The notes under the pieces were generated by a model. It saw only the letters and a program-made list of their open reading frames with translations, did not search any database and was not told where the DNA came from. A stretch of DNA of 64,000 bases from assembly GCA_020536535.1 (NCBI GenBank), contig JAHLWZ010000848.1, positions 11,994 to 75,993 of the forward strand, written 5' to 3'. Shown here in pieces: positions 23,023 through 34,700 of this stretch. The translations under genes and the position numbers were made by a program. Each line of letters begins with the position of its first letter. The first letter of the stretch is position 1. This stretch comes from Pelomyxa schiedti (taxonomy: Eukaryota > Protista > Evosea).

Positions 23023-24234
23023 ATGAGCAAATTCTTCGTCCTCGTGGTGGGTTTGGCGGCTCTATTTGTGGCGATGGCGCGAGGTCAGGATACGATTGTG
23101 GGACACGAGGTTACCAATGGATTCACGGTTGAGACGATGGGAACATCGAGTGCTACTATTCTTGGCTCTGGATTGACTGTCATGCTGAGGAGTGATGGAT
23201 ATCTGCCTGTCTTCTCGTTTTATCAGAGCCACGTTGGATTCCCTGTATACAACTTCTCTCTGTGGTCGATTTTTGAGTCTTCTTCTGTCAATGTGAGCGA
23301 AAGGATGGGATTCGATCCATGTAAGTAGTTGTATTTTCATTTGTATATCAAATTTCGCCTGTTAATTTGCTGGTACTTGGGAACTAATTCATTACATTTC
23401 TACAGCAATTGATGCCATAGTCGAAGGTTCTATGGCGCACTTTGTACCACGACCCTGGAACGTGGCGCAGATGACTTCAGGGATGACGCATATTGTGGAA
23501 ATGACCTCTACTTTCTGGAACGCGATGAGGGGAGACATGGTTGTAGCAACTGTTGAGTTCACGCATTACTTCTTCGATTCTCGAACCAACGAGTGGGAAC
23601 TTTCTCTGAACATTTACAACTATACCTTTGTAGACTCAAATTCCAGGCACGTACTTTCCTGTCTGTACTTTTCTTACGTCAACCTAGTCTCGTTATTGCG
23701 TTCAACTTCACAAGTAGTAACTCCAATGCCACATACAATATCTCAAAGAACTCTGTTATCGTCGGGCGAGCCTTCTTCAATACAAGCAACTCGAATGCTC
23801 GGTTCAAGAATGACAACTTGCTTGGGCGTTGGGTTCCTGTGAACTTTGTCATGACTGCGTTTGCAAGGTCACCTGTCTCTGTGTATCTCTCGTACGGTCA
23901 GCTACCGGAGAACCTTGCCGCACTCACCCACACTGGAATGTGGCTTGGCCTGAATGAAGGAGTGTCACAGCAAACGCAGCAAATGCAGCAGCAAGGGGAA
24001 CAAGCGCAGAAGCAAAGTCAACAAGAATACAAAACTGTTCAACACAAGCACATCAAAATCCCCGGCTATGACGAACCAGAACCCGATTCTCCAGAACTCA
24101 TGCAACAAATGCAGGCACTGATGCAAGGAGTCGAGCAAGTTCAAGAGGAAGAAAAGCGGGCACAGGGGCTTATTGTGAGGACATGGTCATCAGTAAGGCA
24201 ATTCTTCTCTGGAATACTGCACTCAATATTCTAG
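23023..24234 (+). CDS. Secreted beta-rich glycoprotein (ComC-supersandwich-like, tentative)
   Basis: Signal peptide MSKFFVLVVGLAALFVAMARG; many NxS/T sequons; WELSLNIYNYTFVDSNS|SLVIAFNF strand pattern; 2 introns, the second GC-AG (23647-23687). Confidence 0.75.
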
Positions 24235-24592
24235 GCTCTTTGCCAACACCAAACACATTGTCCCATAAGAGTGATGTACCAAATTTTTCTCCAAGTTTTA
24301 TGGGTTTTTTTGCCGTGTTTTTGTGATGTTGATGATAAACAACAGACAGCCTGAGAATTTTTCGAAACGAATACATGTGACGGGTTCTGTTCACCCCATC
24401 TGAGCCTCTTTTTTTAATGTTTTTACCCTGACTTCGCTCAGGTTCCGACTTTCGAATCCTCGATCAGATACTAAGGGGAAAAAATAAGGCTGGAACTACG
24501 AACCGTAATCAGAACCAACGAAATAAGAAAACCAGTAAAAACACCCAAGCCAAGAGAACAGCGTCGCAACCCTCCACTGCACAAACAACAAA

Positions 24593-27069
24593 ATGATGGG
24601 AGGGAGTTGTTGGGTCGTGGAGCTCGGATCTATGCCGATCAAAGAAAAAAAGGGCCTCGTCGATGCCATCAAATCCATTGGAGGCACAATCAACGTTCTT
24701 GTTAAAAAAGATGAAGTACGGTTTTTCCTGATTTTTTGGCTTTTTTCCTTTTCCAAATCGCCTTCTCTTCCTTTGGCCATTCAATTAAAAACAATGTTAT
24801 TTATGTTGACGTTCTCATTTTTTTTTTTTCCTTATGGGGAATCAACAGACCACACATGTGATTACAACTGCAGACATTATGAAGTTGCCCAATATTAAAT
24901 TAAGGACGGCCTTGTCACTGGGTGTTCACATTGTTACTCCAGATTTTGTTTGGGACACACTGTCATTCACCTCACACAAACAGGGCAGACGCCCTTGTGA
25001 ATGGAACTACCGCCTACTTGGTGAAAAGGTTGGCAGCCAATTTCGTTCTCTTCTGTTCTATTCCCAACAATTGTGAAATTTCGACTCATTTTGGAACCCC
25101 TAGCCTGCTACTAGCTATGGGCCATCCCAATCAGACGTCGTCCTTGGCAGCTTCAGAGCTGGTGGGAGAGCAGCTTGGGGCCTTGCCTATCTAGCCTACT
25201 ACTCAGTTCCATTGACGAGTCTGGCAAAGGGTCTGCAAAACCTTGGGAACTTATGCCGAGGAATGATGCCGAGAACGGCTATTGTCAACCCGGACCGAGT
25301 GTGTGCACCTCTTAGAGATCTTGTTGCAGAAGTTACAAACATGCCAGCGATTCCCAAGTCGGGTTCGAGGCAGTTCAGTTCCGTGTGTAAATCGAGGCGT
25401 TGAGAATATCTCACATGGTTTCCCTTGCAGACATCTCGCCTTGGGTTGATGGCAGAAGAACGAGAAAGGAAAAAGCTGGAGCGCCAATTGCGGCTTAATG
25501 CGGAACGTGTAGATCATTTTCGACAATCATCTGCAAAACGAACTGTTAATCAGATGTTCTGATATCATCAGTCATTCGTGTTTGTAATTAATTGCAGAGT
25601 GGAGATGAAAAAAAAGAAAGCTGCACAAATTGCCGCACAGCTAAAAGTAAGACAACAACTTTTAGAACAACGTAAAAAAGCTCTGAATGAACGGAGGAAA
25701 GCCCTTGCAGAAGTGAGAAGGTAATACAACAGGAAAAAATAATTGGGTGTGGGAATAAGTATTGCAATTAAACTAATATTCCAACATCATTTTTACTTCT
25801 CTTCAGAAAAATGGTTGAAGACCACGAGAAACAGAGAGCTACAATGAAAGAACGACACGCTGAAACTAGAGAAACGATACTTAAAAATTGTGAAGCGATG
25901 GCTGCTGCCTCACAACAAGTTATTCACTCACATTTTAAAATGTAATTCACCATAACAGAGAATTTCCTTTGTTGAAGATCTACGGGGTAATCGTGATATA
26001 GACCTAGAGGAAGCAGCAGAGAGAGCCAGAATTCAAGAGGAAGAGGAAGCTCTTCTCCGCGAACAAGAAAAACTGCACAAAGCTAAAATAAGGGTTTGTT
26101 AACCAGTAAGTTTTGTTGTTTTTCTAATCTTATTCAGCATGAAAGAGTTGTGGCCGAGCTGGAGCGGAAGTTGAAAGAAAAGAAAAGAATCAAGGAGTTG
26201 CGGAGGAAGGCGTTCATAGAAAGGCAACAAAGGGAGAGGGCTCAACAAGTCAGTTCCCTTTTAATTCATTTTTTGTAACAGGAATCCGTCCTGTTTCAAC
26301 TCAAGGAATTTTAGAAACTTGCAGAAGAGCGAGATAAGGCCCGGCGAAAAGCAATGTATGAAGAGAAGCTGGCAAAAGAAATGGAACGGAAAAAAAAAGG
26401 AATTCCACCTCCACCTATACCATCTCCACCAGTCAATACCCGGAAAGTATTTTTGGTGCGGTTTCATTCTTCCTTCAAAGCTCCGATCCCAACTCACCTA
26501 TCCAGGGCAATGTATCATTTGCGGACGCAGGTACAGTTCTAAAACGACCCCAAGACCTGCAGACATACAAACAGCGCAGAATAAGTAACATGATGAAAAT
26601 AATGGAAAGCTTCGGAAAAATCACACAGTGCAACTCATTCTGGGACAAAGGTCATGCCTTTGTGACATACGCCGAACCTGAGGCAGCCGAAAAATGTATC
26701 AGTGTTCTGGGCAAGCTAGACGAGCGCAAAAGGAGGATACATTCTCTAAGAGTGGAAATTACAGCCGCGGAATTCCAAGGAGCAAAAAAAGTAGAGAACT
26801 ACCAGCAGCTTGTAAACCTGATGCTGCCCCATCCCACGTTTTATGTTGCATCTGCCAAAGACAACACCAAATCCAAAAAGGATGCACAACAAGTGGAGAG
26901 TGTAAGGCACAGAAGAATAGAGGCCGCAAAGTACTCCACCCCACTCTCATGTCCTACACCTGCCCCTTGGGCTGATATCACCAGGAAGCACAGGGCTGTC
27001 AAACTCAACACGGTAGTACAACATGAATACATTGGCAGAAAATCAGACAAGCACGTATCCAAAAATTAA
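24593..27069 (+). CDS. BRCT + long coiled-coil + RRM protein
   Basis: BRCT: IKSIGGTINV…TTHVI…LGVHIVTPDFVWD. E/K/R-rich exons at 25430-26400. RRM: RKVFL|GNVSF (RNP2) and ESFGKI…KGHAFVTY (RNP1). Confidence 0.8.
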
Positions 27070-27287
27070 AAGTTTGTTGTTTTTGTTTAAGAAAACTTCC
27101 CAACATACAAAGTACATAGGCGTGGTGAAAAGAAAGAAATGAAGTAAAAAAGCTATCAAATATTAGTCTGGCTTAGGCTAAGCAATGAGGCTTTTTCACC
27201 AGCGAGTTGTGCAACAACCAAAATCAAGGAGTCACAAGATCATTGAAATGCAACCAAAGGGGTGCCTGAAATACGCATTTGTCTTGT

Positions 27288-27631
27288 TCAAAAGAACCCA
27301 GGAAGGAACGAGGGGCTTCTAGCGGCAGTGAAAATACCTATTCACGGCACTGTTAAAACCAATTGCGCTACTACTATTACATGTGTATAGGGCGACACAG
27401 AATACAAATTAAAACGTGAATGTGGTTATTAGACGCATACACCCACTCACATCAGTTCCAAAGCCAGTGAGGGGGAAAAAAAAGTTCAAAAAACACTCAG
27501 GGCGAGTAGTGAGTACCGTGAATGGCCTCTTGGTTGTGAAGCAGGATTCCAGTAGCAACAAATACAACGGACACAATCATTATCGTGTATCGCACGCACT
27601 GCTCCTTGGTACTTCGCTCCTCCGAAGGCAT
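27288..27631 (-). CDS. Candidate single-pass membrane microprotein (~40-54 aa)
   Basis: ATG 27631 gives MPSEERSTKEQCVRYTIMIVSVVFVATGILLHNQEAIH followed by a GTACT donor at 27516; the 3' exon is ambiguous. Confidence 0.3.
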
Positions 27632-27765
27632 CTTTCCTTCTTGTTGTTCTTGTTATTGTTGTTGTTTTCGTTTGACCGTCAAACAAGAAACGGTGGCGAT
27701 CTGATCAAAAACTTTTTTTTTTCCCCCCTTTGTTGGGTGCCTGAGGTTCAGGGACAGAAGAAGAA

Positions 27766-29102
27766 TCAGAAGAGGTTGGTGACATCGAGGGGTGGTGGTT
27801 TCGTGGGATCTCTTGTGAGGGACAGGCACTTCCTGGGGCACTTTGAAACGCACACACCACAGCCAAGGCATTTTTGGGAGTCCACTTGTGCACCTTTGGC
27901 CTTGTCCTGTGCAGAGATAGATATTGCTCCAAAGGGGCAGGCTTTGGCACACACTCCACAGCCAATGCACTTTTGGTTTTGCTTCTGATCGCTGTGATTT
28001 TCGCTTTCGCCGTCTTTGTCCATTTGGCTGTGATCATTTCGGGGGTGAGAGTCTGTGCGAGTTGCTACATAGCCTGAGGATATAATGTTGGTTGCACCGT
28101 GGTTGATCATAAGCTCAATTCCGGCACAGCAGCACTTGCAGCAGTTGCAGAGCGCAAATGCCTGGCCATTGACCGCGTCCTTGAACCACACGCTGTGGAC
28201 GTGGCCTCGGGCGTGCTCGGCGTCGAGAAGCTCAATGGCTTCTTGTGTGGAAAGCCTCTTTGTGGGCTTTCCAAGTTTGGCTGCAACGTCAACAAACGTT
28301 CCTAGAAGCATGCACACCTTATTTCTGTGAGTTAGGTATTATTCAGTTAAATGTGAGCAAATATTCGAGTATTGCATCATAATAGGAATTGAACATATTT
28401 CCCATAAAAAGTCCGAATGATAAAGAGTTCTTTCCATACGTCTACTGGTTCACAATGATGTTGCCGGCTGGCACGGCACGGACACTGAGCAACTGCAATT
28501 TTCGGCGGTCCTTCTAGCACGAGACTTCTGGCAATCTCATAAGGAATGATTTTCTCCCCAAGGTCATGACAAATAGCGCTTTCATGGGTTACTAGTGCCT
28601 AAGATAGTTTTATAATTATTTGGTTGCATTTAAACAGGTTTTTTCCTTGGGTACCTTGGCGTCCTCATGAGTAAGAGTCTTGCCGTGGTAAGTCTCTCCC
28701 ATAAACTGCACCATTCGACTAGATATAAAATGGGGAAGGTGCTTTACCAGCCACAAACCCACATGAAGGTAACTAAGGTATCCACAAGGCAGCTCATAAG
28801 AATTCAAGAAGTAAAAGAGTCATAATACATAATTAAGGGAAAAGGACAGGTCATTGTACACACAACAAAGTAAACTTTGTGAACACAACCAAGTGCAGAG
28901 TTTGAACAATGCCGGCGCCTCTCCACACCCTACACACCAAATCAGCAGCCACAACGCATCCCACAATAAGCCTCACCAGAAGACGCAAAAACGTCCTACT
29001 TCCCAGTAACGCTCCACACACTAGCACATCAATCACAACTCCACTATTGATGACTCCTCGTGGTTGCAGTCGTTGGGGATCCCCTCTGTTCTTAATCTGC
29101 AT
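27766..29102 (-). CDS. Prokaryote-type 4Fe-4S dicluster protein with extra Cys-rich cluster motif
   Basis: YHGK…IIPYEIAR…CPCR…C…C…HVHS…CNCCKCCC, followed by two CxxCxxCxxxCP motifs (CIGCGVCAKACP, CLGCGVCVSKCP); 3 introns; first exon and start approximate. Confidence 0.88.
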
Positions 29103-29230
29103 GTTGGAAGAAACTGCAAGATTGATCTGACGTGGCTCAACAAATAAACCCGAGAGCGTAAAATAACGAATTTATTTCTGTTGAAGGGAAAAACAATTGT
29201 GTTCCGTTCCGTTGATTATGTTATTCCGTT

Positions 29231-29853
29231 GTGCACTGTAGCCATCCATTAGTAGCCGATCTTGCTTGCATTCATTTTCTGGGATTGGCTTCAGAACAAT
29301 GAAAATGATGGAATCGGGGCACAAACCTGGCCTTGGCTCTCCCTTTTCTCGCAGTAGTACGAAACGAACTTCATGATGCACTGTAAGTGACCCCCTTGTA
29401 ATATGATAAGAATTAATAAAAGTGTGGGAAGCAGAACCTTTGGTGTAGGAGCGGAACGGAATTGCTTGCTGAAGGCTATATAGGCTGATGAGAGATGGTT
29501 GGGGTTGACTTGTTGTTGTTGCTGCTGGGGGTTGGAGGAAGTGGTTGTGGGTTTTGAGAGTGTGAAATGTGGCCATGTTTACTGGCCGATTTGAGAGGAG
29601 CCATGTTTACTGGCTTTTGGGGAGGAGAAAAAGTGTACTGATATACCTTGGACACCTTTTTGCAGAGAGTATTTGGGGGTAAGTATGACACTCATAGTGC
29701 ACTGTAGCCATCCATTAGTAGCCGATCTTGCTTGCATTCATTTTCTGGGATTGGCTTCAGAACAATGAAAATGATGGAATCGGGGCACAAACCTGGCCTT
29801 GGCTCTCCCTTTTCTCGCAGTAGTACGAAACGAACTTCATGATGCACTGTAAG
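29231..29853. repeat. Identical 157-bp direct repeat (29231-29387 and 29697-29853) flanking a 309-bp spacer
   Basis: Read directly. Each copy carries TGCACTGTA near both ends. Confidence 0.95.
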
Positions 29854-31743
29854 AGTTGTACCGTATTTGGTGTGAGAAATACTAATCGTACCAAAACCGC
29901 GTTTGGTGGAGGGGTTCAGTTGCGCGTGGTAGTGTTGCGTTCATGGTTTAAAGTCCGACTTGTTGTTTACACTTGCGATAATACAGTTGGTGCGTCGGCA
30001 GTCGTTTTATGTTTTTTATGTTTTGGATTGATTTACATTTAATAGCGTTAGCCTTTCAGAAGGTGACATATTAGCAATTGCCCTTAGAAATAGGATAGCC
30101 TTTTGGATAGCAGAAGTCACAGGACTTGACTGTTCCTAGATACATGCAACAAGGTCACGTGGACAACACTGCACATTGTGGGCACTGCCCCAGCATTGGG
30201 TGCTCTATGCCTAAGGGTCCAATCACATACTCCTGAGAGATCTGTACCTGCAATCTACAATCATTTTTCGGTGCGGGCAGAATTGGAGTCGGGGACGCGT
30301 GTCGGCGTGCAGGGGACTGAGGATTCGTGACGTAATGGAGTTGGGGGCTGTGAATGTTGACAACCACGCAGGCAAATGTAAGCAATGTGTCACAACTATT
30401 TCAATTTCCCCGACGGATCTTGCGGCACGCCATGCATGCTGGTGGGTGAGGGGAGAATGTAAGATCCCCCCACAACGACATAAAACAAACAGAACAGCGA
30501 GCACCACTAAGTCAATCCTCGTGGGAGTGTGTGTCCGGGTGGGTCGGCGGCTGTTCAACTCTTGCTTGTGACTGTTGCAGTGGAAGACACTGGTTTGTGT
30601 TTTTGATGGTAGGCCGTTGGTGGGCGCGTTTCCACAATTTCAACAGATTTCCTGCCTACAAGTGTCATTCGATGACCACGGAGTAAAGGGCATCCGCAGT
30701 CACAAGAGAGGATACGTGGTACAGCAACAGGCGGTTGGTGCATCAAAAACAAACAACCGAAGCTTCGAAGTCATCAAATATTGTTCCAAGATCACAACCT
30801 CATAAACAATAACTTCAGCCCTTCTCGAGCTACCATTTACTCCCCCTATGAAAATACTTGTGGTACCTATCTCCCACTATCCCATCACAACTTGGCGTGT
30901 TGATGCTTGGTCCACTAAGGACATCGAGTGAACCACTCAGAGGGAGTGTATACTATAAGTTGGGTGTCAGTGTCAGTGGAAGTCATTTGCCCGTATTACA
31001 GTTACTCAAAACAAAAAACCAGTCCCTTCCAAAGGTAATGCATTCCCAGCTATAGGCGAGTGCTAACTCGTTTGACAACCACAGGTGAGGAATTAGCTTT
31101 ATTTGTCAACACAGGACCTTAAAGGTTGCCGGTTTTTTTGTGACACGTTGACTCGATGTTGGGACTTTATTCATAACAGCTTCCTCTGTGACCTTTATGG
31201 TTGCAGTAGTGATTTCACGTACTACAGTTGTCCTCCTCTGTGCATATAATTCCTCAAAGCCAACTTACTAATAACCAGAATTTACTTGCCTGTCTTTAAA
31301 GCACTGAGAGGACGATTCAGCCGCCCGGATCACATGTTCTCTCTTTACTTCACCCGACGGAAACTATGACAGGAGTTTTGCATCCTCTACATTACAAACA
31401 ATTCTCCGCTTTAGTGATTTCTCAATAGCGAGTGCCATGTAGCAGGCCCACTTTGCCCCCAACACTTCCTGGCCCCACAGCACCCAACAACCCTCGAGTA
31501 GTGCCGCAGTCTGAAGCCCAAGCAACACAACTCACTCCAGTGTTTTTAAGGGCTGCTCACAGATTCGTTCATCACTATTTTCAAAACTGATCAAAAAAAA
31601 AGAACTCGTCGTGCCATGGGCCAGCGACAGTCATCATTACACAACCAGCCCATCGACAACGACTGGGACTACATTCTCATCTAATTGGCAATCCAGAAAT
31701 GTGTAGAATGAACAAAACAATAAAGTCTGGAATAGCGTTTGGT

Positions 31744-34700
31744 TTAAAGGGAGGAGGTTGGCGTTGTGGGTGTAGTTGATTCGGTGTTGGTGGTAGCTTT
31801 ACTACATGCAAGGAGTAAGAACTCCTCACCAAGTGCCTGGAGAAGGTCTCTGATGGCAACCCTTACATCCAACTCTGTAGCTACAATACAAGCTACCAGG
31901 CAAGGGTAGAGCTCCAGCATGTGGTAGTGTGAACACGAGGTGGTGGAGTGTGAAGTAAGAATGCCGCGGGTATCGCCAGAAACCTCGGGGGTGAATGCGG
32001 ACGGCTCGGTGCGGAGGCTTTTCAACAAGGTAAGAACACACATAATCTCCTCGACTTCAGACCTATAACAAATATCAGTCGGTTGGCAGGGATGTCACAG
32101 GAGGTGGGGATGTCTCTTACAGATCATGTGGTTTCGGTTTTGCTTGTGTGAACGCGCCTATTACATCCTTGCAGAGTTTTATGACTGCAGGTGTGAAGAT
32201 CTTAATTACGTGCACGGGCTGTTTTTCTGTTGACTGTGGTTAGTCAAAGAGATAATAGGAAAGGTAGGAGAAAATGGTTACCGGGATCACACAGAGAGAA
32301 GAGGTTCTCGTAGCAATACTGCGCAAAAGTTGTTCTGACTTTGACAGAAAACAAATGACAACCTTGCAACAGTAACTGCAGTAAATCTTGAACTGGACTT
32401 TCGTGGCTAACACATATTAGAAAAAATATTCAAAATGATCGAACTGTATACCCGCCACTTGTAAGTGTTACAACAATTTTTATGTATTCATTGAAAAGTG
32501 CGAAGTCTTGCTCTTTGTCTTCAGCTGTGATGACGTAACCTCTGGGACAAGTTAGCCAATAAGTATTAGACATGGCACATGTACGCTGGGTAAAGGAAAT
32601 CCTTTATTAGGCCTGCGAGGTTGGTCCAAGCAACCTCCCTTATATCAGTAGAAAACTCAGACATTCGATTGATGGAATCCAATCCAGCACCAGCCACAGA
32701 CAAGAAGCCCGTGTGTGCTGGTTTCCACAAAATGGAGTCACGTTTGCCATTGCGCAGGCGCTGGGCTGAACCCACTGTCTGTTTGTTGCCCATTAAATAG
32801 AACGTTGCAATATTATTGATGCATACAGTAATAACCAAGGAGAAAACTTTTCCTTGGAGATCAGGAGACAACGTGTCAAAAAGAGAGACAACTCGGATGA
32901 TGCACTCAGCACCAATATTTTGAAGGAATGGTGAAAGTTTAGCAACGGTAGTTGGCACAAAGGAGCTAGTTAGACCACGGTTAGAACTTGGTTTGATTAA
33001 ATTTATGTTTATAGTTGGGGAAGTAGTCATTCACCTTGCAACAGGAATACCAAGATACTCGCACACAGCAAAGCAGTACAGTGCCACGGCTTCCTCTGTT
33101 ATAGGATCTTTTTCTTCATGTACCTTCAGGAACAGATCTATCAGTCTCAAAGACGCATTTTGAATTGGTGTGAGGAGGTTTTCGTCTTTGTATTCAGAAA
33201 AGTCCACAACGATGAGGGATTTGAGTATGCCCATCATCCTGATGTGTCTTAGTGACCAAAAAAACCAACCCAAGCCAAAAAGGAGTGACGTGCCTAATTA
33301 CATCAAGTGTGGTTATAAGATCATGGCACTCTTGGTACAGCGCAGTCATACAGGAAACTACTGCAGCGACTGGGGGATTCTTTGGTAAATACTTGCCCTA
33401 AAACAGAGATAAATAACAACGAAGAAGGGTTACTGGCTTCTGGGGGGGGAACACCTTGGAGGAATAATCCTTCACAAAGTTCTGCATAACTTGCCAAGAT
33501 TTTTCCCAAAGTTCATGTGGGAGTTTCTCCATAAGTATCTTGTTCATGATTACAAATAATTCCCTGATTGTGCACTATTTCGAAGTAAGAATGGCAATTT
33601 GCTTCCAATTTGCAAAAGCAAAGAATTTCACACCTCAGCAACCTCGCTGCTGACAGGGTGCTCGTTAATGCTCTCGATATACTCTATCAACCGCTCCAGG
33701 TACTCAAGGAATTTGGGGAGCAAGCTCAATTGCTCGAACATAGACTATTGACTTGTTATACTTGCGGAAGCATAAAAGGTCAATGTGTGCCTTAAAGACT
33801 CTGTTGACTCCACTGACAATTTGGGTTAAGGTTTGGTCCCACTGCTTTTGATTACTGTCACGCGAGTGGTGCATAAGCCTGTGTGTGTGGAATAGTTAGG
33901 GAGGAGTGCTGTGAATCGTCTGCAGCCTTACATGGGTTGAGCTTTTGCGCCCACAGTGCCCTGAGTTAAATCCTTATTGCAAGCGGTATGACACAACTCT
34001 TTCACTGCCACCAACGTCGGGAATACAATCTGATATTTTTAAAAAATGTTATAAATAGAAAAATAGCAAGTGGCGAAAAAACAAACATCAGAGAGACAGG
34101 GATCCCAAATTTCGGCTGGGAAATTTGCCCCGTGAGTTGTCAGGGTCTTCAGCAATGTTGAAAGGCCGGATGTACGCACATCAGCTCGTTCCTTGCAATC
34201 CATCAAATGTTTAACAGCAAAAAAAAGGTGGGGATACATCCAAGACGATCTTCTTCAACTCAAAGAAAAGACCCACCCATAGTTCTCGGTAATTCTCCGT
34301 GCCAGTTACTCCTGAGGTCAGTTAGTGTGGTCTGTGGGAAAAAATAAAAGAACTACCATTCTCTTCCGATTGGGCCTTTCTCTGAGACAGGGAATCAGCA
34401 ATATTCCACAAAATATCACCTACGAAGGGAAAATAATTATGAGTCGGAAACTGGGAATTTTGTAAAAACCAGAAGTGAGGCTGATGTTAACATCCGCTGT
34501 CTACTTTCGAGTTAATAATTTGCATAAAGGAAAAATTCTATGCCATACTTGGGAAGCATAAAAGCCAATTGTTAGAATGTACATCCCGAGGTATTCTAAA
34601 AGTGGTGAGAGGGGTCAATAAATCAACTCCAGAAGGGATACCAGCTGGTAGGATAGGCAAGAAATCACTGTTGATAAGAGAGACATTGGCAAACGCTTTC

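Noticed and set aside
24420-24475. tRNA-like TTCGAATCC and a small hairpin
   Set aside because: The T-stem does not pair and no cloverleaf can be built.
28340-28385. C/D-box-like motifs in an Fe-S gene intron
   Set aside because: The C box is imperfect and the boxes are only ~35 nt apart; too short for a snoRNA.
29231-29853. CRISPR array or bona fide LTR retrotransposon
   Set aside because: Only two long repeats, with no spacer series, cas, gag/pol, TSD or PBS; kept only as a repeat.
32566-33273. Abutting ORFs (…PVAR*MTTS…) suggesting stop read-through or an altered genetic code
   Set aside because: The TGA lies inside a GT..AG intron of MON2. The conserved genes I spliced need no stop reassignment.
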